Shown: one piece after another, positions 55,810 through 64,000 of the stretch | Layout of the letters: each line of letters starts with the position of its first letter | Position numbering within the stretch: the stretch's first letter is position 1 | Origin: an uncultured archaeon | Lineage (GTDB): Archaea; Asgardarchaeota; Thorarchaeia; Thorarchaeales; Thorarchaeaceae | Length of the DNA: 64,000 nt | Reading direction: 5' to 3' | NCBI GenBank assembly: GCA_964590575.1 | Contig: CAZPWM010000003.1 | Coordinates: 4,587 to 68,586, forward strand | Notes under the pieces: generated by a model | Database searches by the model: none | What the model saw: the letters and a program-made list of their open reading frames with translations, nothing else | Told to the model about the DNA's origin: nothing | Position numbers and translations under genes: made by a program

Positions 55810-56505
55810 TCAGTTTAGCTCGTATCTGAATTCGTTTCCTGCGGCCCAGTAGGCTTCTAGAACCTGATTTGGTTGCATAATGACTGGAACTGTTCCCTGA
55901 CCAAATTGCTGAACATATTTGGAGAATTTCTTTGGGTCCTCCTCAGACGACCATCTCATGGGTATTCCAATTCGTGGTTTTGCATCAATACACAGACTGA
56001 CTGCATCTTTCACTGGAAAGACACCATCACCACCAACTGGTACTATAAGGACATCCATATCGAGTTGCTCGAATGGACCTCGGACCACCGAGTCACCAAG
56101 GTAGCCCACTTTCATATCTCCAATCTCAATATATAATCCAAGATTTTCAATACGTCCACCTTCTCCCTCATCAATTCTTGACAGAGAATAGGGTGTAATT
56201 TTCACATCTGGGATCTCATAGGGGATCTCAGGTTGGAGAACGTGCAGTAACCACGGTTTTGCTCCTTGTTCTGAAACTTTGTTAACTGTTCCTTGATTTC
56301 CTAGGAACCATGCTTTTGAATCGACTGCGATGGTTGCTGCATTACCAACCGCATCGTCTGATTGATTCGTTGCTATGACAATTCTAGCACTGAAGTCGTT
56401 TGGAACAACAGATTCACCATCCCAAATTCCAGGATTCAGAAGAATCGTCGTTTCATTATATTCGAGTGCGAATGAAGTCCTTCCAAAGTACACTATTTTG
56501 AGCAA
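55810..56505 (-). CDS. UPF0173-like MBL-fold protein lacking the His ligands
   Basis: ILLNPG, ATNQSDDA in place of THxHxDH, GYLGDS, VPVGG, IPMRW. TTG start near 56505. Confidence 0.8.
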   Translation of the reverse strand: MLKIVYFGRTSFALEYNETTILLNPGIWDGESVVPNDFSARIVIATNQSDDAVGNAATIAVDSKAWFLGNQGTVNKVSEQGAKPWLLHVLQPEIPYEIPDVKITPYSLSRIDEGEGGRIENLGLYIEIGDMKVGYLGDSVVRGPFEQLDMDVLIVPVGGDGVFPVKDAVSLCIDAKPRIGIPMRWSSEEDPKKFSKYVQQFGQGTVPVIMQPNQVLEAYWAAGNEFRYELN

Positions 56506-56751
56506 CAAATCACACCCCGTCAATACGCATTGGCACGGTCAAGCCAGAATGAATGCTGCACTACTATCGTTGAGATTGTTATTAATAAGGTAATTTCGAA
56601 CCAATGCGAAATCCCTGTATTTTCGTCTATTTTGTCTGTTTTTCGGCGCCGTATTGTGCAAACTCCGGTTCACCGAGTGCTATCTTTTTATGACCCGGAC
56701 AAGACTGAGAGTTAGAGGTCCTGCAAATCCCGCGGAATTGTATCGAGCGAG

Positions 56752-58053
56752 TTGGATTCTATGTTAGATAAAATTCTCACTGAGAACTTCAGACGAACAT
56801 TGAAGATGGTCTTTACAGACATTAACAACCAACAAGACCGCCGCGATGAACATGAATTTGCTAAAGATGAAGTCCGAATCAAAGAGCGGCTTCTTGATAC
56901 TTTCACTACTCATCGTCATGATGTTATTTTGGAGAACGACTTCAGAATAGCTGCTATTGATGGATCAGGCACGGATAGTCTGATGACCCTGGATGACATC
57001 AGGATTCATCTTCTTAGTACCTCTACTGTCGTAGTAGACACTAACACACAATCTGAGAATCTATTCTCTCCTATAGAAAGGGACACCTTGGAGAATGAGC
57101 TAGGAGAACAACCGCATATAGACATACACTGGCATTCAGGAGTGCGAGGCGATGCTCGTAATAAGCTCGCTGAAACGTTAGCAAGTATCTATCCGTTGAA
57201 AGATGTAGCTAGTTTAACTCTTCCATTTTTCAAGGACCACACTAAGGGTGAAATCGCTTCTTTCTCTGATTTCGGTGACACTGAGTATGAGAAACACGTT
57301 CCGCGTTTGAGGGAACTTGAATCACTGATCTCTCGTGAGCAGTTATTGACTAATCCTACGGTCCATGAAGAGATACGAAAGACAAGTGAGTATGCAGCAG
57401 CTCGTCGACTTCTTATGAGTGATATACAACCGAAGTACCTTCTCTTGGACGGAGCGTTGTCCGTCTTCATGCATTTTGTGCGACACTATCCATCTATGCC
57501 AAGTGGGTTTATGCTAAGAGATGTATGTGCTTTGGCAAGGCAGAAGAATGTAGTCCTATGTGCTGTAAGTAAGAATCATACGATTCCGTTTGCGCATCGG
57601 ATAGCAGGAATGGCACGAGAAAAGTTTGGGGCGTCAGCAAAGTGGTTCTGTCATCTACCAAGCAGGGAAGATCCCGAAGGAGGTCTGCATATCTACGAGG
57701 ACCGAACCTACATACCTCCAATGTTAGCTGTACCGTATTTGTATAGCTTCTCCAGGGATAATAGACCTTCTAGAATTGATTTCGACAGGATTTGGTGGCT
57801 CGAGAACATATTTGTACCAGGCGACCCGGGAGCAACCCGTTCAAATGAAAAGACACTTTTTGCTGAGTTAGAGTTCATGTCAAGAGACGCTCGATGGTAT
57901 GGATACCCAGTGCCTCTTGCATTAGCTCATGAATCGTGTAAGTTGAGTTATGAAGACCTACGACTTGCAAAGGAAGTATGTATGGATGTTCGATCAGAGA
58001 TGGGTCTTGAAATGCGAAAAGCTGAACCACTACGTGCAGACTATGATTTGTAA
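56752..58053 (+). CDS. nurA: NurA-family 5'-3' nuclease
   Basis: IAAIDGS, LLDG.L, AVSK, YGYPVPLALAHE. Confidence 0.88.
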   Translation: MDSMLDKILTENFRRTLKMVFTDINNQQDRRDEHEFAKDEVRIKERLLDTFTTHRHDVILENDFRIAAIDGSGTDSLMTLDDIRIHLLSTSTVVVDTNTQSENLFSPIERDTLENELGEQPHIDIHWHSGVRGDARNKLAETLASIYPLKDVASLTLPFFKDHTKGEIASFSDFGDTEYEKHVPRLRELESLISREQLLTNPTVHEEIRKTSEYAAARRLLMSDIQPKYLLLDGALSVFMHFVRHYPSMPSGFMLRDVCALARQKNVVLCAVSKNHTIPFAHRIAGMAREKFGASAKWFCHLPSREDPEGGLHIYEDRTYIPPMLAVPYLYSFSRDNRPSRIDFDRIWWLENIFVPGDPGATRSNEKTLFAELEFMSRDARWYGYPVPLALAHESCKLSYEDLRLAKEVCMDVRSEMGLEMRKAEPLRADYDL

Positions 58054-58068
58054 ACTGAGGAAAAAACC

Positions 58069-59829
58069 ATGAGTTTAGATAGAGACAAACTTGGAGAACT
58101 TTTCGGAAAGGTGGGTGTAGGCAACCAGACCACACTCGGTATAATGGGTAATAATCGTGATATCAGTGTGGGTGAGATATTCATGATTTACTCCAACCGC
58201 GATGGCCATGAGAGGGTGTTCTTCTTCAGAGTCCTTGGTCTAGAAAACTATCTTCGACAAGTTGACGATATGGCACGCATAGCGGGGACACTCATGGTGG
58301 AAGGAGATGCATATCTCTCAGGAATTGAGCGGAACATGCTCCTCTCTATAGGTGGTCGAATGCTAGGTTATGCAGAGAAGAAAGGTGAGGAATGGACCTT
58401 TAAATCACCTAGACGACTCCCAGATCACTTGGCTTCAGTGTATCGTCCTATCCCTGGCACGTCTGATGATTCTGTTCGAGCAATGCTAGAGTGTCAGACT
58501 GATGGCCAGGTCTATGTTGGTGACCTCCAAGTTGGAGAAGCCACACTTGATGTACCAATCAAGATACCTTCAAAATTCCTACCAATGCATGTAGGCATCT
58601 TTGGGTCGACAGGAGCTGGAAAGAGCAATCTGATGATGGTCCTGATCAAATCAGTCATTGATAACAACCTAGATGCTTTCAGAGATGCAAAACAAAAGTT
58701 ACAACGAATATCCGCATTCTGTATCGACCCCCATGACGAGTTTGCCAAGGGTGTTGACAAGTACGGGATTCAGCATGTGGTAGAAGATATGAGTCCTTCA
58801 ACAAGGTCTGAGGTGATAGGTGATTTCTACTACCTGACAACCCACAAGAGAGCTACGACTAGAGAGATTCGAGCACATGCTCGCGAAATCAGAATTCTGT
58901 GGTCCGAGATTCAACCAAGAGATCTTTACTCGATTAGAGAGTTCACTCCCGAGATGTCCTCTTTCATAGATACACAATATTCAGTAGCAAAAGAGGATTG
59001 GATAAGTGCGATAATCAATATGAATGAAGACGAAGCTGGAGTGCCTGCAGGTACTCTGAGAGCGGTGAAACGCAGACTTAGTTTTTTGGAACGGTCTCCA
59101 ATTTTCATTGAGCAAGGATCATCCATTTTGAGTGACATCTTTATTGCCATGGAAACTGGCAGAGTTCTGGTTGTCAATACGAGTTTAATGGGCGATATGG
59201 AGCAGTTCCTACTCACAACAATCGTGACACGGACATTATCTGATATGAGACGAGCTCTGAAGAGCAGCGGGAATCTAGGTGATTTCATGAATCAAGGTGA
59301 GATGCGTCTTCCATCACCATTCTTTAATTCTGTGGAAAAACAAGCTCGTGCATTCTATGGTATTGGAGGCGTCAAAGATGAAACTCCAGTTCAAGACCCA
59401 AGGTCTCTCCCGGTAATCCAGGTGACTGTTGAGGAAGCCCCATCCATCCTCAACCCGGAGCTAATGAAAGGCCAATCTGTATTCAAAGACATCTCCCGCC
59501 AAGGCCGCAAGTTCAACATAGGGCTGCTTGTTGTAAGCCAACAAGTAAGCGTGCTTGACAACGTGATTCTGAGCCAGATGAACACCGAGATTAATCTAAG
59601 GCTTGGAAACGAGCGTGAAATCAGGGCTTGTATTGAGAACGCGAGTGTGAATATTTCTGGGTTTGAAAGTGAGTTCCGAGTCATGTCCCGGGGAGAGGCG
59701 ATTGTTACGCAATCGTATAGAGAACTCCCCTTACCAGTCAGAATTCCTCTCTTCGACGATATCTATGAAAGGGACAAACATAGATACAAAGACAAAGGTT
59801 CAAAGAAGAGTGAAGAACACATTCTCTGA
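58069..59829 (+). CDS. herA: HerA-family bipolar helicase/ATPase
   Basis: N-terminal HAS-barrel region, H.GIFGSTGAGKSN, IDPHDE, VEEA, RQGRKF, SQQ, SRGEA. Confidence 0.9.
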   Translation: MSLDRDKLGELFGKVGVGNQTTLGIMGNNRDISVGEIFMIYSNRDGHERVFFFRVLGLENYLRQVDDMARIAGTLMVEGDAYLSGIERNMLLSIGGRMLGYAEKKGEEWTFKSPRRLPDHLASVYRPIPGTSDDSVRAMLECQTDGQVYVGDLQVGEATLDVPIKIPSKFLPMHVGIFGSTGAGKSNLMMVLIKSVIDNNLDAFRDAKQKLQRISAFCIDPHDEFAKGVDKYGIQHVVEDMSPSTRSEVIGDFYYLTTHKRATTREIRAHAREIRILWSEIQPRDLYSIREFTPEMSSFIDTQYSVAKEDWISAIINMNEDEAGVPAGTLRAVKRRLSFLERSPIFIEQGSSILSDIFIAMETGRVLVVNTSLMGDMEQFLLTTIVTRTLSDMRRALKSSGNLGDFMNQGEMRLPSPFFNSVEKQARAFYGIGGVKDETPVQDPRSLPVIQVTVEEAPSILNPELMKGQSVFKDISRQGRKFNIGLLVVSQQVSVLDNVILSQMNTEINLRLGNEREIRACIENASVNISGFESEFRVMSRGEAIVTQSYRELPLPVRIPLFDDIYERDKHRYKDKGSKKSEEHIL

Positions 59830-59839
59830 GGATGAACAC

Positions 59840-61150
59840 ATGAAGGCACGAATCGCTCACATCTCCGATACCCATCTTGGCACACGGCCCAGAACCGGTG
59901 TGCGCTATAACGTATGGGGCGAGGAGATGCGATCTCAGCTCCTTGAGAACGATTTCTATGAGCGGTTCCAAGAACTCTTTGATAAGATTTCCAATCTTGA
60001 CCCTCCTGTTGACCTTGTTGTTCATTCAGGTGATTTGTATAATTCCCCTTGGGAGGGAAATCCTTCTCAACCCCCTGTAGTCGCTCAGGAGACCGCTATC
60101 ATAGTCCTGCAGAACTTCATAAAGAAAACAGGGATTCCTGTGCTTATTATAGAAGGGAACCATGGTCTCTATAGGCTTCTAGAGGTTTCTCTCCTAGATA
60201 GTCTGAAACTAGCTGTTCCTGGTTTAGATGTTGTGACACAACAAGATTTGAAACAAGCAGTGAGAGCGGGTGAACCGCTTGTTTATTCCTATGATAAATT
60301 GGATGTTTATTGTTTCCCCTTCATGGACACTGCAGTTCTCAAAGCTGCGAATATGTTCTCAGGTTTTGATGATTGGATTACATCACACCAGTCTCGTGTT
60401 AGATCACGACCGTCGATTGCTGTTGCTCATGGAATGGATGTGGACCAAACTCTCTTCAAGAGTATATTCTCCATGGATTATGACTACATAGCTTTGGGTC
60501 ATGACCACCATCAACATATGCACTCCAAGGTTGCATGGTATGCTGGATCACCTGAACGATGGAGGTTTGATGAGGCTCGTCATGAGAAAGGGTTCCTTGT
60601 GATAGATATCACAGCAGGATCAACACCGATAGTAACACCACATATTCTTGATTTCGACCGCCTTATCCTCAACGAGAAAGTGATGATAGAAGTCGATGAC
60701 AGTATCGAATCAATAACAGACAAGGTATACGCTCTATTTGATGAGAAAGGCATCAAAACATCTTGGAACCCGAAAAACGCTGCACGAATTCGGCTTGTGT
60801 TTGAAGGGAAAGCAACGCGTGTAAGCTCATTTGACCTTGGAATGGCTCTTGAGTCTCTGAGAGTCAAAGTTCTATCAAAAGAGTCCAAATACAACATTGT
60901 GCAGCTTGCTTGGCTTGTTAGACAATCTGTTGATGAGGAATACACGGCGGCTTCATATCCTGAAATCGAATCTGAGTATCTCATCGAAGACCCAGAGGTG
61001 GATTTCCGTGCATATCTTGATACCTTGGAGATTGACAAGAGTTTGGATCCGAGTGTACTCACCAAGATTGCTGTACGTGCGCTCGAATATACTGTAGGCA
61101 AGAAGGAAGGTCGTTTGAGTGTAGAATCAATCATGGAGGATGAAAAATGA
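59840..61150 (+). CDS. mre11: Mre11/SbcD-family phosphoesterase nuclease
   Basis: HISDTHLG, SGDLY, EGNH, VAHG, LGHDH, YAGSPER, EKGF. ATG at 59840. Confidence 0.9.
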   Translation: MKARIAHISDTHLGTRPRTGVRYNVWGEEMRSQLLENDFYERFQELFDKISNLDPPVDLVVHSGDLYNSPWEGNPSQPPVVAQETAIIVLQNFIKKTGIPVLIIEGNHGLYRLLEVSLLDSLKLAVPGLDVVTQQDLKQAVRAGEPLVYSYDKLDVYCFPFMDTAVLKAANMFSGFDDWITSHQSRVRSRPSIAVAHGMDVDQTLFKSIFSMDYDYIALGHDHHQHMHSKVAWYAGSPERWRFDEARHEKGFLVIDITAGSTPIVTPHILDFDRLILNEKVMIEVDDSIESITDKVYALFDEKGIKTSWNPKNAARIRLVFEGKATRVSSFDLGMALESLRVKVLSKESKYNIVQLAWLVRQSVDEEYTAASYPEIESEYLIEDPEVDFRAYLDTLEIDKSLDPSVLTKIAVRALEYTVGKKEGRLSVESIMEDEK

Positions 61151-63225
61151 AGATCCTCCAGTTGCAGGTTCGAAACTTCAAACCTTTCAGTCATCTTTCA
61201 CTGCCTGATGGAGATGCTGAACTACCAGATGGACTCATTCTAATTAAAGGTCCAAACTCTACAGGTAAATCTTCCCTTTTCGAAGCTATCCTCTGGGGTC
61301 TCTGGGGTGCAGACGCGGTCGGTCTAACTAATGACGAACTCATCAACTTCAGATCAACATCTTGTCAGGTAATTCTGACCTTTCAGGTTGCAGGAACTAA
61401 ATACAAGATAGACCGGTCCTATGATCCTGCCAATAGACTGGCTGTTGCGTTATTCGTCAATAGGGAAGGTGCATGGAAGCGAATTGCTGACAAGAGCAAT
61501 TCTGTCAATTCAAAACTTGATGAACTCTTGAATCTTGAGCTCAAACAAGCACTGAGTACATTGTTGGTCCGTCAAGGAGAGGTCGCTGTCATAGCAAATG
61601 CCACCCCTTCTGTATTGAGAGACCTCCTTGTGAATGTCTACAATATTGACCTGCTCAGTCAGATGTCAGGTCATCTGGAAGGTCTAGAGAAAGAGGTTGA
61701 ATTGAAGGTCAAAGCTCTAGTTTCGGATTATACTCGTCCAGAGGAACTTGAGAAACAGATTGAAGACTGTGAGAATCGAATAAGACACTTTGAATCTGGA
61801 TTAACAACGAGGATAAACGAGATCCAATCAACCGAGAAGATACTTCAAGATATTCCAAGTGTTGACACCCTCAAGAACATTCACGAACTCAGTATTAAGA
61901 TCAACTCCCTTCAACGTGAGGTTGAAGTCATGAGTGACGGTCTTGAAGAGGATCTTGCACAAGCTGGAATCGTTGATGCAAGCGCCAAGATTTTGAATGC
62001 TCGATTGGATGCACTTGAGAAAGGACGAAAACGAATTGAAGGAGAACGTATGGACTTCAAGCGTAAGATACAGGCTGTGGACCAGGAGATTGGATCGATT
62101 ACTGGTATGAGTCGTGATTTGGAGGATAAGATACAAACCCTCGCTGGCGCTGGAACTGAAGATGTCATTGAATGCCCCACTTGTGCAAAACCACTTTCTC
62201 AAGCTGATCGGGAGCGACTTATGAATGAATACAACTCAACTATCGCAAATGGTGAAACCTTAAGGAAAAAATTGGAGCGTGATAAAAAGCAATTAATTGC
62301 TGCATCAGATGACTTAGAAGATCAACTCACTCGAATGTCCAAGAGCGAGGATGCGGTGAAAAGGATCAGCCAAGGGCAGACGAAGGTAGATCAGACAAAG
62401 GAGAAAGTCGCCAAATTGGAACATGAATTTTCGGTCGTTCTGAAGGAAATTGGAATCAAGAGCGTTGAAGCCTTACTCAAGAAGTACAACATGGCTACTA
62501 TCCTAGACCTTCAAGAAAAAGTAATAGCCCTCTCAGCGGCTTTGAAGGCTCTTCATAAGGAAACTTTGGAGAATGAGGAAAACATCCGGAGAGAACAGGA
62601 TAAAATTACAGAGCTTCAGAACAAGCAGGAAGATATGGAACGAATAGGAGCTGAGATTGTAGATCTTGAAACTTTAAATGAACATGCAAAGTATGTTCGA
62701 AGAAGACTCGTTAGTGGTTTTGTTGCTGATTATGTTTTTCAGAAACGTTTACTTGGTATAATCAAAGGAGCAACCAATCCATATGTACATTCTTTCACTA
62801 ATGGTCAATATACGGGAATCGATCTCGAACCAACGCAAGCTAAGGGTCGCTCGGGCTCTGGGCTAATTCTGAAAATTTGGGATGAACGAGACCAAGCTTG
62901 GAAAAAGACATCTCAATTGAGTTATGGAGACAGGACCGCTATCAGTCTGGGGCTTCGCATGGGAATAAGTCGTACAATGAGTAGTATTCGACCTCTCAAA
63001 GACAGTCCTGTTGTGATCCCCCGTGTTCGCTCTGTTCTTCTTGATGAACCCTTAGGAGGTCTCGACAAGACCCGACGCGAAGCTGTAGTGAGAACTCTCG
63101 TCAATGACCAGAGTTTCGAGCAGATACTATTGATAACCCACACTGATATTCAAGGTTGGGAAGGCATACCTGTCATTGATGTGTCCAAAGCGGGTACTTA
63201 TAGTAATGCAGTTCTTGAAATGTGA
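61147..63225 (+). CDS. rad50: Rad50/SbcC-family SMC-like ATPase
   Basis: Walker A GPNSTGKSS, Q-loop RQGE, zinc hook CPTC, signature LSYGD, Walker B LLDEP, ITH. ATGA overlap with mre11. Confidence 0.9.
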   Translation: MKILQLQVRNFKPFSHLSLPDGDAELPDGLILIKGPNSTGKSSLFEAILWGLWGADAVGLTNDELINFRSTSCQVILTFQVAGTKYKIDRSYDPANRLAVALFVNREGAWKRIADKSNSVNSKLDELLNLELKQALSTLLVRQGEVAVIANATPSVLRDLLVNVYNIDLLSQMSGHLEGLEKEVELKVKALVSDYTRPEELEKQIEDCENRIRHFESGLTTRINEIQSTEKILQDIPSVDTLKNIHELSIKINSLQREVEVMSDGLEEDLAQAGIVDASAKILNARLDALEKGRKRIEGERMDFKRKIQAVDQEIGSITGMSRDLEDKIQTLAGAGTEDVIECPTCAKPLSQADRERLMNEYNSTIANGETLRKKLERDKKQLIAASDDLEDQLTRMSKSEDAVKRISQGQTKVDQTKEKVAKLEHEFSVVLKEIGIKSVEALLKKYNMATILDLQEKVIALSAALKALHKETLENEENIRREQDKITELQNKQEDMERIGAEIVDLETLNEHAKYVRRRLVSGFVADYVFQKRLLGIIKGATNPYVHSFTNGQYTGIDLEPTQAKGRSGSGLILKIWDERDQAWKKTSQLSYGDRTAISLGLRMGISRTMSSIRPLKDSPVVIPRVRSVLLDEPLGGLDKTRREAVVRTLVNDQSFEQILLITHTDIQGWEGIPVIDVSKAGTYSNAVLEM

Positions 63226-63279
63226 GTACTAGAAAGCGTTGGAACATATATTAATCAGTGAACTAACGTCGAATTCATT

Positions 63280-64000
63280 ATGCGTGCACTTGAAGTTAGC
63301 CAGAACCGAATTCGACTCATCTCATCCAAGGTTGATAGTTGGCTTCTTCGATTCGGGCATAAGACTGCAAGGTTTCTGATTGACTACCGCTATCTCATAT
63401 CGGTGATGATTATTGGTCTCATTGTTTGGGCTATTGTTTTCAATGTCGCAGTCATTGACTATCTTAATACTAGTTCTTGGGCTTCGCGTTCTTCATGGCT
63501 AGGTCCTTTCCCACATCCTGATACAATTGAAATATTTGGGTTCAGTATTGATTACCAGATCGAAGGTTATAGCGACTATTCATATTATTACGTTCATTGG
63601 GGCTATAACACGCTGTACGGGGTAATGCCCTACTCCCCTGAATATGGAGTTCTTGAATTGAATGGCATTACAAACGAGAATGGAGCACATATGTTTCCAC
63701 CTTTCACGTCTTATCTATACGCTGCTGGAATAGCGCTTGGAAACATAATGGGTTGGGATAACTGGGGAATTGGCTTCTTAATTGCTGCATTTGGTTATTT
63801 GACAGCACTCCCTGTTTATGGACTTGCCACCGAGTTCTCCTCTAACAAACGTGTTGGAGAGGTTGCGGCTTTAACATATCTACTGAATCCCCTAATGCTC
63901 TACCACACAGATTTTCAATGGTTCAATCCCGCTCCCTTTGTCTTTTTCTTCTTTTCAGGTTTCTACATGTTGGTTCGAGGGAAGAGACTCCCAGGTACTC
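63280..64000 (+). CDS. partial GT-C-fold glycosyltransferase-like membrane protein (PIG-M/GT87-like), runs off the window
   Basis: Not in the ORF track. ATG at 63280 opens a frame with no stop to the window end: TM, luminal loop D...YY.H, FPP, YLLNP. Confidence 0.75.
   Translation, partial: MRALEVSQNRIRLISSKVDSWLLRFGHKTARFLIDYRYLISVMIIGLIVWAIVFNVAVIDYLNTSSWASRSSWLGPFPHPDTIEIFGFSIDYQIEGYSDYSYYYVHWGYNTLYGVMPYSPEYGVLELNGITNENGAHMFPPFTSYLYAAGIALGNIMGWDNWGIGFLIAAFGYLTALPVYGLATEFSSNKRVGEVAALTYLLNPLMLYHTDFQWFNPAPFVFFFFSGFYMLVRGKRLPGT

Noticed and set aside
1114-63143. Many short antisense or alternate-frame ORFs in the track (e.g. 1345-1878, 24888-25508, 45405-46166, 60580-61194)
   Set aside because: They overlap well-supported genes on the opposite strand or in another frame and have no motifs, so they are treated as shadow ORFs.
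1-64000. CRISPR arrays, transposases, integrases, rRNA genes
   Set aside because: No regularly spaced repeats, TIR/DDE/tyrosine-recombinase motifs or rRNA signatures were seen by eye.
1-64000. Selenocysteine (TGA) or pyrrolysine read-through genes
   Set aside because: Where checked (2745-2900, 7760-7870), reading through TGA gave no plausible redox motif or domain continuation. The check was not exhaustive.

Overview
This is an archaeal chromosomal segment. The archaeal markers are PriL, ABCE1/RLI, ArcS with RaSEA, FBP aldolase/phosphatase, archaeal-type TPI, NurA-HerA-Mre11-Rad50, TATA-box promoters and GGAGGTGA-type ribosome-binding sites. The gene style (signal-peptide and C-terminal-TM surface proteins, TPR proteins, large FtsX-type permeases) suggests an Asgard archaeon, possibly Thorarchaeia; this is inference only. 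The window holds about 65 CDS, two nearly identical tRNA-Arg genes and a box C/D sRNA. No CRISPR array, integrase or transposase was found. The best candidate for an undescribed system is non-coding. Two apparently ORF-free intergenic regions 5 kb apart (about 2713-2922 on + and about 7680-8170/8300 on -) share 5-6 colinear sequence blocks set in hairpins whose G-U wobbles and GNRA loops point to the same transcribed strand. They look like a short and a long member of one structured ncRNA family that I cannot assign to any known class. Other notable points: a possible extended (~310 nt) box C/D RNA, a cytoplasmic protein resembling the adaptin/delta-COP mu-homology domain, several enzyme-fold proteins that have lost metal ligands, a permease with no canonical start codon, and an ABCE1 with a Cys-to-Glu change in an Fe-S motif. 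All family calls come from recognising motifs by eye; no searches were run.
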